DNA of 63,838 bases, filler included, from Reticulomyxa filosa (Eukaryota > Protista > Foraminifera): assembly GCA_000512085.1 (NCBI GenBank). It is 19 parts of 19 records of this genome, joined end to end, with 100 filler letters (N's around TTAATTAATTAA, not from the genome) between each part and the next. Parts side by side here need not be neighbours in the genome. Positions count along the whole stretch, not along the records: positions 47,548 to 58,051 come from ASPP01020210.1; positions 58,152 to 61,304 come from ASPP01032589.1; positions 61,405 to 63,838 come from ASPP01047836.1; 16 more parts are not named here. One strand, given 5' to 3'. The position numbers and the translations under genes were made by a program. Shown one piece after another: positions 52,701 through 63,838 of the stretch (its first letter is position 1; each line of letters opens with the position of its first letter). Below the pieces are notes generated by a model. It saw nothing but the letters and a program-made list of their open reading frames with translations, was not told where the DNA came from and did no database searches.

Positions 52701-55479
52701 CAGCAAGGTTGTGAATATGAATATCAATCCACTGTTCATTGAACGCTTCATACACCTGGGCTCTCGAAATTTTGGTCCCTGATGGATGTCGTTTCAGTAA
52801 TGACGGTAATACTGTCAATATCAGTTGCAGTAAGAATGGTTCTTCCACCATTTTCTGCAAATTTGGATAATATTTCAATGTTTCTTCATATTTTTGCGTT
52901 GTCCAATTCAAATCCGTATTCAATTTGTTCTTTTTATTCATTTTCACAAATTTGTCAATATAACCATACATTTGTTCTTTTGAAAAAGGCCACAGATATG
53001 CCATTGAGGTTGTTATTGAGCTATTTTCTTGACTGGAGCCCACTAAGACTTGCTTGATGTCATCTTCGTTTATCACATGACTTCGGCAAGTGACAATGAC
53101 TTTTGCATTCCATTGAGCTAAATTAAAACGATTATAGAAATAATATCCATTACTTTGATTCTTACTGTAAGCATCAAATATTTCATCAAATCCATCCAAA
53201 ATAAATACAAATGAAATGTTTTCACGGACAATATCTAGTATTTCTTTGCTGATGTGTTTCATTTGCAAAGCTTGACCAATCATTTCTTTTTCATTGGCCA
53301 CATTGTAAAATTTTGGTAATGAAATGTAAACAGGAACAAATTTAGTTGAGTCATTGACATAATTTTTCCACCAAGACTCTTCTAAATGACGACAAAATAA
53401 GCTTTTTCCTGAGCCAGATTTTCCTTGTAATACCATCACTACCTTTTGCTCAGCATCTTTTTTTTCTTCTAAAAAATCAATCACATGTTGATGGCAGTCA
53501 TACCCATTGTTTTTCTTGTTATCGTCACTATCAATGTATGGAAAATTATTTGCTTGCAATGGGACGTATGTTTCAAGAGCTTGTAACATTGCTTCATCTT
53601 CTTCCAATTCCTGTTTTGCCGATTTTTGCAGTATAGATACAACATCGGCACAACTTGCTGGATTCGTTTCACCAATAATGTGTCGTTTGTAATACTCAAA
53701 TAAAATCACATAATTTGCTTTCCCTTTCAGTTTTTCCGGAGTAAACTTGCAAAGTTGATCATACACAAATTTAGCAAGTTTCAATGAAATATCTGCATTG
53801 ATTTGTTCCTCTGTCTTTCCTTTTAATTGAGGTGCTTGTAACACTCCAATGTCAGAGTGTGGTTTGTAGCGATTGGCAATTTTTTTGATTTCCCTTTCAT
53901 CAATCCACTCACAAACAATATCATTTATTCCAGTCAAAGTTTCTTCACTTGCTTGTTTAAATTCTTCTTCTTCCGAGTCATTTGGTTTCCATGCTCTGAT
54001 CAGTTCATACAGTAAATGACTTAATTTAGGATTTTCGATAGTCGTGTATCCTTCCAATGTTGTAAAATTTTTCAAAGTGGCTTGCATTTCCACATACACA
54101 TCGTGCTTTGGAACATACAGTTTGATGTTATGAAAACGATGATGAGTTTTCGATTGTCTGTCAAAGAAATCCTTGTCTTCTGACACAATCAAATTAAATT
54201 GCTCTGCTTTTTTTATGACCGCAACGGCAGTTTGCAATTTGATTGGATTATCACACAAAATAGTAAATCTTCCAATGTCAAATATTTGATTAAAATCACC
54301 ACCATAATCTGCTTGAATTTTTTCCAATAATCTCTCATTCCCTTTCAAACTGGGTGGCTTTACAACTGTAATTTCATATTTCTGCAACTCTGTTACCAAA
54401 TTGGTGATTTCAATGCTCTTCATTGCATGCTCACTTCTTTCTCTCAGATCTTCAAGACTTTGTGCATGTTGCCGAATTTTGTTCGCTTTTAACTCATATG
54501 AGAGTCCAGCTTTGATTGAATAAGAGCACTGATAATTGTTATCTTTTACAGGTTGCAAATCTCCACTTGCACAAATATAATGCTCAGAATTATAAAACAT
54601 TGCTTTCACAATATATCCAACAGTTGACTTTCTGCAATCAGGACAAGAAAAGGAAGTCGTGTCTGAAATAAATGATATATTGGTAAACCCAACATTCACC
54701 CACACAGGTAGCTTTCCTTTTGAAGCTAAGCAGGCTTCATTTACGCAATATCCCTGCAAATTAATTCCCGGCCTTGTCTCTCCAATTTCCGTTTTTTCGA
54801 TTTCTTTTTGTAAGCTTCTGCCCCTTTCCAATGGCCCTCTTTCAATTGCAATATCGATTACTTGTTCTTTCTATTTCATCAGCAGAACAAACAAACAAAC
54901 AAACAAACAAATAACAAAAACACATAACTAAAAGAAAAAAAAAGAAACTACATTCTTAAACGGATTACTTGCTCAATAATTTCCAGTTGATCGACTTTAT
55001 CCTCAGATGTCATTGTAGTCTTTGTTTCACACGCAACATATTTTTTTATACAACAACAACAACAAAAGAAAAAGATAAGATAACATGGAAGAAAAAAAGA
55101 TTAGCAAATAAAAATAAAAGCATTCAATATATATATCCTTACAATTTCTTCCATCGACTTTTGGACAATATTCTTAATAACCAGTTCAACGTTTCCATTA
55201 AACTGATTTATCCACTGTTGTGCCTCTTCTTTGCCAATCATGTCACCGAATAGTCTAATCAACGTTCGAATCTCTTTCTCATATTTTTTATTTTCTCCAT
55301 TGTCAACCTTATCGTCTGCTTTTACATTTGTATCTTGCATCCCTCCACAGCACTTCACATGACCTACAAACATATAGCAAGAAAAGATAATTGCCCTTTA
55401 TCAACAAAACACATAATTTATAGACACATTTGATACATAGCAAAGGCTTATAACTCTTAGTTTCAAAGTAAACAGACAT
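49792..55479 (-). CDS. NLR-like protein: UBA/CUE-like + Cys4 Zn domain + RelA/SpoT-like nucleotidyltransferase + NACHT + pentapeptide + 15 WD40
   Basis: Three short 5' exons (start ATG at 55479) splice onto the 1679-aa ORF. Walker A GKSGSGKS at 53401-53424; Walker B FILDGFDE at about 53181-53207; pentapeptide repeats at about 51865-52030; 15 GH..WD repeats at about 49990-51860. Confidence 0.9.
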
Positions 55480-56095
55480 GCTTCGCCAATCTTCATCACA
55501 AGTTTCCGTTGTAGTTTGCTACAGTGTTCACGTTATGTTGACCAATGTGCTGCTAACTTATTCTCTTTTCTTATTAGATAAATACAAAACAACTAACTTC
55601 TTTAAACCAAGCACTCGGCCTCTCTGTCGTTCCATAAGCTATTACACTCCCTAAAATATATCACAGCTTTTTTGTAGGTAGATTTGACAAGAGTTTGGTA
55701 GAAACGCGTTATTTCGAGTGAAAAAAAAATAATTTTGAACAAAGTACCATTTGTTGCCATAATGATGCCAAAATTCTGATTCTTGGCTTTGGAGGTCTGA
55801 TCAAAATATGTAAAACTTTTTTCTAATGATCGAGATTCACAAAAGCTCGAGGAACTTTTTTTTTTTACTTTTGGGAAAGCTAGAAACTATGGCAGAAGAG
55901 TCATGACAAGAAAGGCTTTTTTGATTAGTTGATTGAACACCAACAAACAAGATAAAACAAGATTGATTGGGATCAAGTTTTGTAAAGTCATTTGTGAAAT
56001 GATTGCAAAGACGAATTATTTATGTTTGCAAGAGTTGATGAACCTGCAAGAGGAAAAACAATTGTATTAAGGAAAAAAAAAAGGTATTTTCTATA

Positions 56096-57497
56096 TTACA
56101 CGTTTGGAGTAGCCCAATAGCAGTATTCTTCCATATTGAAGATATCGACACCACGTTGAGCATAAAAGAATCCTTCTTCTCCCCAAAGTCTATTATATGT
56201 GTAAATGTGTTAAGGCAAAGTGGGATTGTATTTGAAGCAAGGAGGGGAAAAAAAGGAGGGGAGGGACATACGTTCCAAAGCTGTTACGACCAATCCAATA
56301 CTCCAATTGAGACGATTCATCAAAGCCCCATCCCAGCAGCACCAAATCATGTGTAGTTCCTGTTGATGTGTGTGTGTGTTGGAAATAGTTGTTATAAGCT
56401 GCATGCAGACCAATCTCTCAAAGCAATGAGAAAAAAAAAGAGTAGAGAGAGAGAGAGCACACCATTGTATTTGGTGTTGTCAACGATGATGCCTCCAGTG
56501 TAGTTTTCAAAGGAATCAGCATGGGCATACATGGAGCAAACAATAGGTCCTCGTGACATGATTTCGGAGCGCATGGTTTCTTCCATCGTCATATTGCCTT
56601 TGGACAATGTTTCATAGTCGATGAGGCCATATTCGTCTACATACACACGTATCTCCGGAGGGGCCAGATAGCATGTTCCAAAGCGATTGCATGTGCGACA
56701 CATCATCTGGTCACAGCTCACTTCGCTGAAGTGTGAAGGGCTGGAGCCAATATAAGGGTCACATGACTCATCCGATATTCCTTACATTTTTTTGTTATTT
56801 GATTTAACCTGATTAAACCACATATATGCATATACATATATGTATATGTATACGTATATATGTATATATATATATATATACGTATATATACACAAAAATA
56901 CCTGTCTCTTTGATAAGAGCATAACCCAAAAGGGCGCTGCCACCATAACAGGAACCCGCGTTAATGTTCGAAGCTCCGTACATGCCGCAATCCAACAAAT
57001 ACTGAGGAGCCAAATTGATGTCCCACGGAACACCTCCATTTGTGTTGTAAGCGTTGATCTTAATGCGATCTGACAATGCCCCGGTTGCTGCGTGCGCCCA
57101 ACATGATCCGCAAGGCGATGGCACAAATTGATTGCGTGGTGGTGTCACTAAGCAATTCCCGTCGATATTTCGCCAATCAAAATTCGTTGGCAAATCCTCT
57201 GCTTTCATTGACACATAGGGCGGATCTTTCACTATGTGCCCCTTATGGATCGCTCCAGAGTTCGCATTGCTCGTATCTGGACGCCATGAACATCCTTTTT
57301 TTTATTGTCGTTGTTGTTCGACTATAAATGCTAGTTTAAACAAAACTGAGACAAAACAAGAGGAAAAAAAAACAAAAAAAAAAAGAAACATTACCGCCAA
57401 AAGAATGCCAGCCCTCTGGTGTATGACTACAAGTACGCCGGCCCTGAGGTACCAAAAACAAACTGAATACAAAAACCAAAATTTCCAATCTTATCAT
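56096..57497 (-). CDS. CTSZ: Cathepsin Z/X-like papain-family cysteine protease, multi-exon
   Basis: Signal peptide; LPTNFDWRNIDG..RNQ..CGSCWAH..LSDRIKI; THDLVLLGWG; YWIGRNSFG; WGEEGFF; CYWATP*. Confidence 0.88.
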
Positions 57498-58153
57498 TTT
57501 ATGCGGCACCCTTTCGTCAATTTTTTCTACTGCTTGTCTTCACCAACTGTGCTCTTGTTTTATTTTTATTTACAGTTGCAAAAGAGAAAAATGTTCGTAT
57601 CACACTTTCAGTATGTCTTTTAGTGATTACTTTGGATGTAAATATGAAGACAATTTTAATAACTCAAACCAACGAAAAGCTGCAAACTTTTCATTATTTT
57701 ATTTTTATTTAATAAATCAGGAAAAGTGTCTTGATTGGTTGATTTTCAAAAATTATTGTGTATTCACACGTTTATTATCTGTGATTTTTTTCTAGGTTTT
57801 CTTCTTCCTTGCAACTCATTGAATTATTTGAACTTCAAATGTGTAATTTTCAAGTCAAGCACTGAACATAGAATCAGAATACTATTACTTGGGAATGATA
57901 CTTACATTGATAAATATATACGACGTATTAAAGCATATTTCAGTCAGATTTGTGTAGCATTTGAAAAAATATATTACTGTCAACAAGGCCGATTTTCTAT
58001 TCAAATAGAATTCACTTGCTATCAAGATACTGTAGTGTAAGTGTAGTTCATNNNNNNNNNNNNNNNNNNNNNNNNNNNNNNNNNNNNNNNNNNNNTTAAT
58101 TAATTAANNNNNNNNNNNNNNNNNNNNNNNNNNNNNNNNNNNNNNNNNNNNCG

Positions 58154-58294
58154 GCGTTCGTGAAGCCGGTCGAGCCGGAGGTATCGACGTACCCAAGGCG
58201 CATCATCGCGACGCTGACGGTTTTGGGCGCCAGCCTGTTGCTGTGGACGATCAGCCTTCTGCTGGCCCGTTCCATCGGCGAGCACCTGACCTGA
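58154..58294 (+). CDS. Bacterial capsule export inner-membrane protein C-terminus (KpsE/CtrB-like), 5' partial
   Basis: AFVKPVEPEVSTYPRRIIATLTVLGASLLLWTISLLLARSIGEHLT* is the typical KpsE C-terminus; lies next to a KpsM-like gene. Confidence 0.8.
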   Translation, partial: AFVKPVEPEVSTYPRRIIATLTVLGASLLLWTISLLLARSIGEHLT

Positions 58295-58517
58295 TCGCAA
58301 CCCACTTCAGGATCGCTGGATCACATGTGATCGAGACGCAAGGTTATCGCCATCGTACCGACGACCACCCCCACAATCAGGACGCCCCAGATCCAGTTGT
58401 CTGTAAACCAGGTCGAGAACCAATCGAAGGCGCGAGCAGTCATGTACATGTGGAAGTCCTCGAGTTTGCCGCGTCACCAGTCGGAGGGAGCTTAGCTACC
58501 TTGGGAGTGACGTTCAA

Positions 58518-59330
58518 ATGACGGCATTGGTCGGCAGCTGGTTTCTGGGCCTGTCCAACTGGTTCATGGCGCTTTTCCATTGGCGGCGCGTGGTCTGGCT
58601 GGCGATGAATCAGAGGTTCCTGGCCCTCGGCCGGAGGAGGGGCCTGGGGTTGGTCCTGGCGCTGGCCGAGCCCCTGATCGCGGTATCGGTGATGTACTTC
58701 GTTCGAGGTCTGCTCAGGGCGAGAACGCCGGACTACGGCACGTCTCTCTTCCTTTTTTTTGCGACAGGCTTTCTGCCGTATTACCTGTTTCTCCGCCTTT
58801 CGACCCGGCTCCGGACGGCAGGCGCGAAGGGAAGGTTGCCAGGCCTGTCGACGCTGGATGTGTACCTTGCCGAGATGTCGGTGAATGCCATCATCTGGAT
58901 CTTCATGATCGTGCTGATCTTCTTCGGGATGTGGTGGTGGGGCGACATCAAGGAGATCGCCTTTGTCGATGTGGCCGTGTGCGCCGAGCCCATCTTCCTG
59001 CTGATCTTGCTTGCATTGGGCATCGGCATGCTCAACGGCGCTATCAGTCGATACGTTCCGTTCTGGATGCTCATCTACTCGCTGGGTACACGCGGACTTG
59101 TGTTCCTGTCCGGTGTCCTGCGGATCGTCGATCTCCAGGACCCGCAGATGCGGGCATATTCGATCATCAATCCCCTGTCGCACGCCATCGAGTGGTTTCG
59201 TCTCGGCGTTTGGGAACGCTACCCCCACAACTCATTGGACAAAGGCTATTTGATCAGCTGGGTCGTGGTTTGCCTTTTCCTGGGGCTCGTCGTCGACCGG
59301 GCGTCGATCAGGGCGCGTGGGCGAAGGTAA
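58518..59330 (+). CDS. kpsM: Bacterial ABC-2 capsular polysaccharide export permease (KpsM-like)
   Basis: LGLVLALAEP, FFATGFLPY, FLSGV, INPLSHAIEWFR; about 6 TM helices. Confidence 0.85.
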   Translation: MTALVGSWFLGLSNWFMALFHWRRVVWLAMNQRFLALGRRRGLGLVLALAEPLIAVSVMYFVRGLLRARTPDYGTSLFLFFATGFLPYYLFLRLSTRLRTAGAKGRLPGLSTLDVYLAEMSVNAIIWIFMIVLIFFGMWWWGDIKEIAFVDVAVCAEPIFLLILLALGIGMLNGAISRYVPFWMLIYSLGTRGLVFLSGVLRIVDLQDPQMRAYSIINPLSHAIEWFRLGVWERYPHNSLDKGYLISWVVVCLFLGLVVDRASIRARGRR

Positions 59331-59393
59331 TCGCTGGAGGGCCGGACGATGCCTCTTCCGGTAAGGCCATGACGACGGACGCCGGGTGCCAGC

Positions 59394-60476
59394 TCAATCA
59401 GGCGCCTTGCGGCTGAGGATTTCCCGCAGCAGCTCGACCAAGGCCGGTGCGCGTCTTGGCAAGTGACGCGCAGAATTCAAATCCTTCAAGATGCCGGCTT
59501 TCACCTCGTCGGGGACGTGCGAAATATCAGGCAAGAAGGGCCTCTCCGTGGGAGCCGGGAGATTTATGGGAAAAGACAGGCCCAAATGTCGCCCGAGGGC
59601 GGCCATGTCCGCCCGGTAAAGTTCGTCGACTTCGAGCCATTGATCCTTGTTGATATACTGCACCCGATGAGGCTCGACGCCTCCGGTGCGCCTGTCGAAG
59701 AGTTGGCGTGTCGCTCGTGTCGACATTCCATCGAACGGCACTGACCGGGATTTTGCTGCTATTGTCAGGGCGCGCTGCAATTCGAGGCTCATCCAGCTTG
59801 GCGACACGTTTTGTGTTTCCACGTCGGGCGCCAGAGCATTCACGCCGAGCGCATGCAGGACATCGGCAACGAGATCTCCGTCGACGAGGTTTTCGGGGAG
59901 GAGAGGGCGAATGTGCATCGCTTCCCATCCGAATACGTCGGCCCATCGCTCGAGGTCACCGAGCGCGGAAACCCTGCGCCCCACCCGCTTGTAGAAAGCG
60001 TCGAAGTCTTCGCTGCTCATCGCGCGCTTGGTGCGTTGGGCATAGATCGACTGAAGCCAGTTCGGATAGTCGCGGACATAGCCGATGAGACGAATCTCAC
60101 GATTGCCGCCGACATGACGCTTCAGCTTCTGCATTCCCTCCTTTTCCAGGGAGAACAGCGCCTCGGCAGAAATGAAGACCTTCCTGCGCTTGTTTCGCCG
60201 GACGTCCTTCCGAAATTTCTCGATCGTCTCGGGCTCGTCGTCCGTCCGGAGGGCGGCGGCGAGGCGCGAATGGTTCACAATGCCGTACACGGTCAACGGG
60301 CACGCGACTCCCATTGCCTTCATGAAGTCCACATAGTCGTAAGCAAGGCTCTGGATCGTCGAAGAACCGGACTTGCCGCGTCCAATATGGAGGAAGAGCG
60401 GGGGTAAACTCGATGACGCCGTCTCAGCGTCGCCGCGAGGTTCCCCTTCGCTGACTTGTCCCTGCTTCATCGCCAT
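59394..60476 (-). CDS. Bacterial sulfotransferase-like P-loop protein
   Basis: LFLHIGRGKSGSSTIQ, FISAE, IGYVRDYPNWLQSIY.Q and LERWADVFG motifs of capsule-locus sulfotransferase-like proteins. Confidence 0.7.
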   Translation of the reverse strand: MAMKQGQVSEGEPRGDAETASSSLPPLFLHIGRGKSGSSTIQSLAYDYVDFMKAMGVACPLTVYGIVNHSRLAAALRTDDEPETIEKFRKDVRRNKRRKVFISAEALFSLEKEGMQKLKRHVGGNREIRLIGYVRDYPNWLQSIYAQRTKRAMSSEDFDAFYKRVGRRVSALGDLERWADVFGWEAMHIRPLLPENLVDGDLVADVLHALGVNALAPDVETQNVSPSWMSLELQRALTIAAKSRSVPFDGMSTRATRQLFDRRTGGVEPHRVQYINKDQWLEVDELYRADMAALGRHLGLSFPINLPAPTERPFLPDISHVPDEVKAGILKDLNSARHLPRRAPALVELLREILSRKAPD

Positions 60477-60502
60477 TCCGTGCTGTAGCCTGAATTTGCC
60501 GT

Positions 60503-61304
60503 CTACGATCTCGACTCCGCGTCGAGCGCCCGGCGCACGAACGAGAGGAAGGATGACTTCTCGAGGATCAGGTCGGCATTGTTGGGGTTCTTTTTCGATT
60601 GCCTGTTCTCGACCTTCTGCCCGACCACGAAGTAGTAGTTGAAATTGAGCTGGCTCGCGATGCGTAGAAACGCCGAGCCGTGCACACCGCCCTCCGGGAA
60701 TATCTCGATCAGCGTGGTGTTGGGGCGGCAGAATATGATGTTGGTCAGGCCTGCCCCATGGGGAGACAGGACGACCCGGGCATTGCGAAACGCTTCGATC
60801 TGCTCGGGCAGCGAGAGCTTTCCCGGTGAAATTATGTGAAAGCCCATGTCCCTGAGACCCGGCAGCAGGTCGTTCTCGTTCAGGATCCGGCGCATCGAGG
60901 ATTCATTGCGCGAGACATAGAGCAGCTCCCCGGTCCGGTCGCGTGTGTTGCGCGCAGGTGGGCTGATCATCATGTCGAGGAAGGAACTCATTTCCCGGAC
61001 CAAACCCCCGATGCGCTGACCGCCGCCGAACGTCAGGCCCGATGAATTCACCGTTCGTCCACGCAGAATTCGATGCTTGTTGTCGGCAACGACCGGCTGC
61101 CAGGAAATGAGATCGACGACTTGCCGCTGAAAATCGGTGCCCAGCGGGGGAAGCACGACATCCAGGCTGCTGCCCCTGAGATTGTCACGGAGCACAGTCG
61201 ACCTTCCGCAAACGAACAGTTTCGCGACGCTGTCGAGCCACCAACGGCAATAGTTGCCCATGCGCTGAGAAGCGAGCGGCAGGACGATGCGGCCGTCCTC
61301 CACC
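60503..61304 (-). CDS. Bacterial glycosyltransferase family 61 / DUF563 protein (5' partial)
   Basis: LYVSR..RRILNE..LSLPEQIEAFRNARVVLSPHGAGLTNIIFC..LIEIFP. Confidence 0.85.
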
Positions 61305-61404
61305 NNNNNNNNNNNNNNNNNNNNNNNNNNNNNNNNNNNNNNNNNNNNTTAATTAATTAANNNNNNNNNNNNNNNNNNNNNNNNNNNNNNNNNNNNNNNN
61401 NNNN

Positions 61405-61446
<42 letters not shown>

Positions 61447-61529
61447 TACAATTTTTTTGTGCGATTTTTTTTTTGTCACTATTGTTTTGAATATCACCCT
61501 TTCCTCAAATGCCTCTCCACCTTTGGCAG

Positions 61530-62305
61530 GATTATTGTCAACCCCACTACTCAGACACCAGAGACCACTACTGCAGAACCAACAACAGAAATACCGGCAA
61601 CAACTGCAGAAACAACAGCAACAACAACAACAACAACTGCAGAAACAACTTCAGAAACAACAACGAAAACACCGGCAACGACCACAACATCAACAAGTGT
61701 GGCAACAACGACAACAGCACCAGTGGAAACCACTGTTGTGACAGAGCCAACTTCTCCAGAAACAACTCTTCCAGTTACTACTGCCATCTCAGACACCACT
61801 GAATCTTCGACCACTACAACTACATCAGTACCACCGACAACAGCGACAACGACAACGACAACAACAACAACACCGATAATAACAACAGTGATAAAAGAGA
61901 CCACAACCACAGCTACTACAACTACAGCAAAGATAATAGAGACCACAGCAACATCGCAACAAGAATCATCGTCGTTCCAAACACCAGAAACAACTCAAAG
62001 CAATTTCATGCAAGCATCGACCAAATCGGAGATGTGGAAAATTGTGGTTATCGTCGTATTGTCCATCATTGCCGGCGCTCTTGCTGCCTTTGCGGTCGGC
62101 TTTGCTTTCAGACAATGGAAAAAACAAACTCCTGCAAATGGACAATCTGACGATCCTGAAAGTCTTGATGGTCAGTATATTTACGCTCCACCTGGAAAAG
62201 TGATTACAATTGATGAGGAGTCTCTTCTTAATGGAACTGCCATCAATGTTTCTGCTAATAATGGAGAAACCAGTCACCAAAGAAATAACTCTTTAAATCC
62301 TTCAG
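61530..62305 (+). CDS. Mucin-like Thr-rich single-pass membrane protein exon
   Basis: About 160-aa T/P/E-rich stalk (ACA repeats), TM IVVIVVLSIIAGALAAFAVGFAF, basic stop-transfer RQWKKQ. Confidence 0.75.
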
Positions 62306-63734
62306 TTTGTTTTTTTTTATATTATTTATTTTTGTAAACATCTTTGATATTACAAAACACTTCTTTTTAAAAAAAATAAATAAATAAATTTGATTATAGG
62401 TCTTACTCACCCCATCAGAACCAACTTCAGTTGAAGGAAACTAGAACAGCCAATCCTCTCAAAAAGAGAATAGATTATAAAGACAAAAAAAAAAAAAAAA
62501 AAAACAATAAACAGCCGAACTCTTTATCTATTTATTACTTTTGTTTGTTTGTTTCGGGTTGTTTGTTCTTTTCATCCGGGACAATTAATTCTTTTTCTTT
62601 TTTCTTTTTTTCTTCCTTTTGTTATTCTTTATTTTGTGGTTCGGGAAGTGGAAATTAGATCTATTTTTTTCTTTTTTGGTGTTTTGGAAAAGTGGTCCAG
62701 TTGGCCCCTAGTGTTTATTTTATCTTTTTTTTTTTTTTTTACAACTTGTTTGGTTGAAAAGAGGGTAAATGGCTTTAGGATTCTTCTTTGGATTTTTGTT
62801 CAAATGTTTTGCGTTTGTCTTTTTTTCATTGAGACTCAATGAAACTGATTTTTCGTTGTCATTTTGTAATTTTTTGGCTTTCTTTTGTGTGTGTTTTCCT
62901 CTGCGGCAAATCCATAACAACCGCTTTCAACCATCTCTCAAAATTTTTTTATCGTTGCAAAACTAATCCCAAAAAATCCGAATGCAGCTTACAATACTAT
63001 TCAAACTCCGAGAAAGGTCATATTTCTGTACAAGAAGCTCCGCATATTCTTTTTCATCGAGTCAAAAAGTTATTAATGCTTTTAAAAATATGCCTTTTTA
63101 GTTTCAATGTTAGCTTCCTTCAAGTCTGTTCAAATACTTAAGTTGCTGCTGTGTCTCACTATTATTTGTTTATGATCAAATGAAAAATGAAAAATTCGAA
63201 TAATTTTATTTCTTACTCAAAAAATATGTTCTATTTTTTTGAAATTAAAAGGGATTAAAAAATATTTTTCTGAAATTTTTGTAGATTGTGCCATTTTTGT
63301 CCCGAAACACAACAATCTGTCTTGTACTAACGAAATGTTGCAATCCTTGAGAACTGCAGGTATTGTATTTGATCAAAACCTGCCTGTTTTTTGAAATTGT
63401 GCAAAGAAAGTCCGTTTAGGGATTACGGTAATAAAAAATAACAGCACAAAATATTCAAGTAACATTGGTGGATAATTATGACAATAGCATTAATTTTGAT
63501 TTCACCAATGAAATTGGCATGGAAAAAAAAGGAAAGAGCAATAGTTATGCTGTGAACAAAGAAAAACATTTGGGAGGAATGAATCAACACAACACTAGAA
63601 AGCACCAACAGCTCAAAATACGTCAAGTGCTAAAAGTTATGTTTTTTTCTCTACACATATGACAGAAAAATAGAAATGAATATAATTGTTCCACTTGTTT
63701 TGACAAAAATAAAAAAGACAGAACGAGAGAAATA

Positions 63735-63825
63735 CAATAACAATAGTTAGCAATTGGATTAGATCAGTATCTATTGATTTGGGATGGATTGATGACTTTA
63801 AGTGATTATTGCAAAATATGTTCAG
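63735..63825 (+). pseudogene. Degenerate N-terminal domain of the WD40 family
   Basis: IVSNWIRSVSIDLGWIDDF(frameshift)IIAKYV, homologous to ENWIRNVGIYWGWIADFDQIIAKYV at about 12380-12460. Confidence 0.6.
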
Positions 63826-63838
63826 TATTTGTGTAATT

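Noticed and set aside
49233-57497. Kinase-NLR-cathepsin as a functional gene cluster
   Set aside because: They are linked on one contig, but nothing in the sequence indicates co-function; eukaryotic neighbours are usually unrelated.
1353-61404. Regularly recurring TTAATTAATTAA palindrome within N runs as a biological repeat
   Set aside because: Identical 100-bp synthetic spacer with stops in six frames; adjacency across spacers has no biological meaning.

Overview
This window is not a contiguous locus. It is 19 separate contigs joined by an artificial 100-bp spacer (44 N + TTAATTAATTAA + 44 N). Contigs: 1-1352, 1453-4776, 4877-6639, 6740-11052, 11153-14196, 14297-15418, 15519-17938, 18039-19970, 20071-21217, 21318-31219, 31320-33322, 33423-34822, 34923-42668, 42769-43817, 43918-45170, 45271-47447, 47548-58051, 58152-61304, 61405-63838. 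Seventeen contigs are AT-rich, intron-containing protist DNA. The expanded WD40 and 42-aa TPR families, frequent pseudogenes and (AT)n-filled introns suggest a foraminiferan such as Reticulomyxa (inference). Two contigs (42769-43817 and 58152-61304) are GC-rich bacterial DNA encoding D-cysteine desulfhydrase/AsmA and capsule export/modification genes. Recognisable eukaryotic genes include Nudix, thioesterase, 2OG-Fe(II) oxygenase-like, RasGEF, gamma-tubulin, RRN3, ferlin, Rab-like GTPase, GH30, CLK-like kinase, cathepsin Z and mucin-like proteins. The best candidate for a new system is a ~1800-aa NLR-like gene (49792-55479, minus strand). It has a RelA/SpoT (alarmone synthetase/toxSAS)-like nucleotidyltransferase domain in the effector position, upstream of NACHT, pentapeptide repeats and 15 WD40 repeats, and a paralogous 5' end lies on another contig. 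Also notable: a PB1/Ubl-like + pseudo-caspase + TPR protein, a spliced PD-(D/E)xK nuclease, nested Tc1/mariner-like ends, and a 3.4-kb element bounded by inverted repeats. All domain calls come from reading motifs by eye; no database searches were run.
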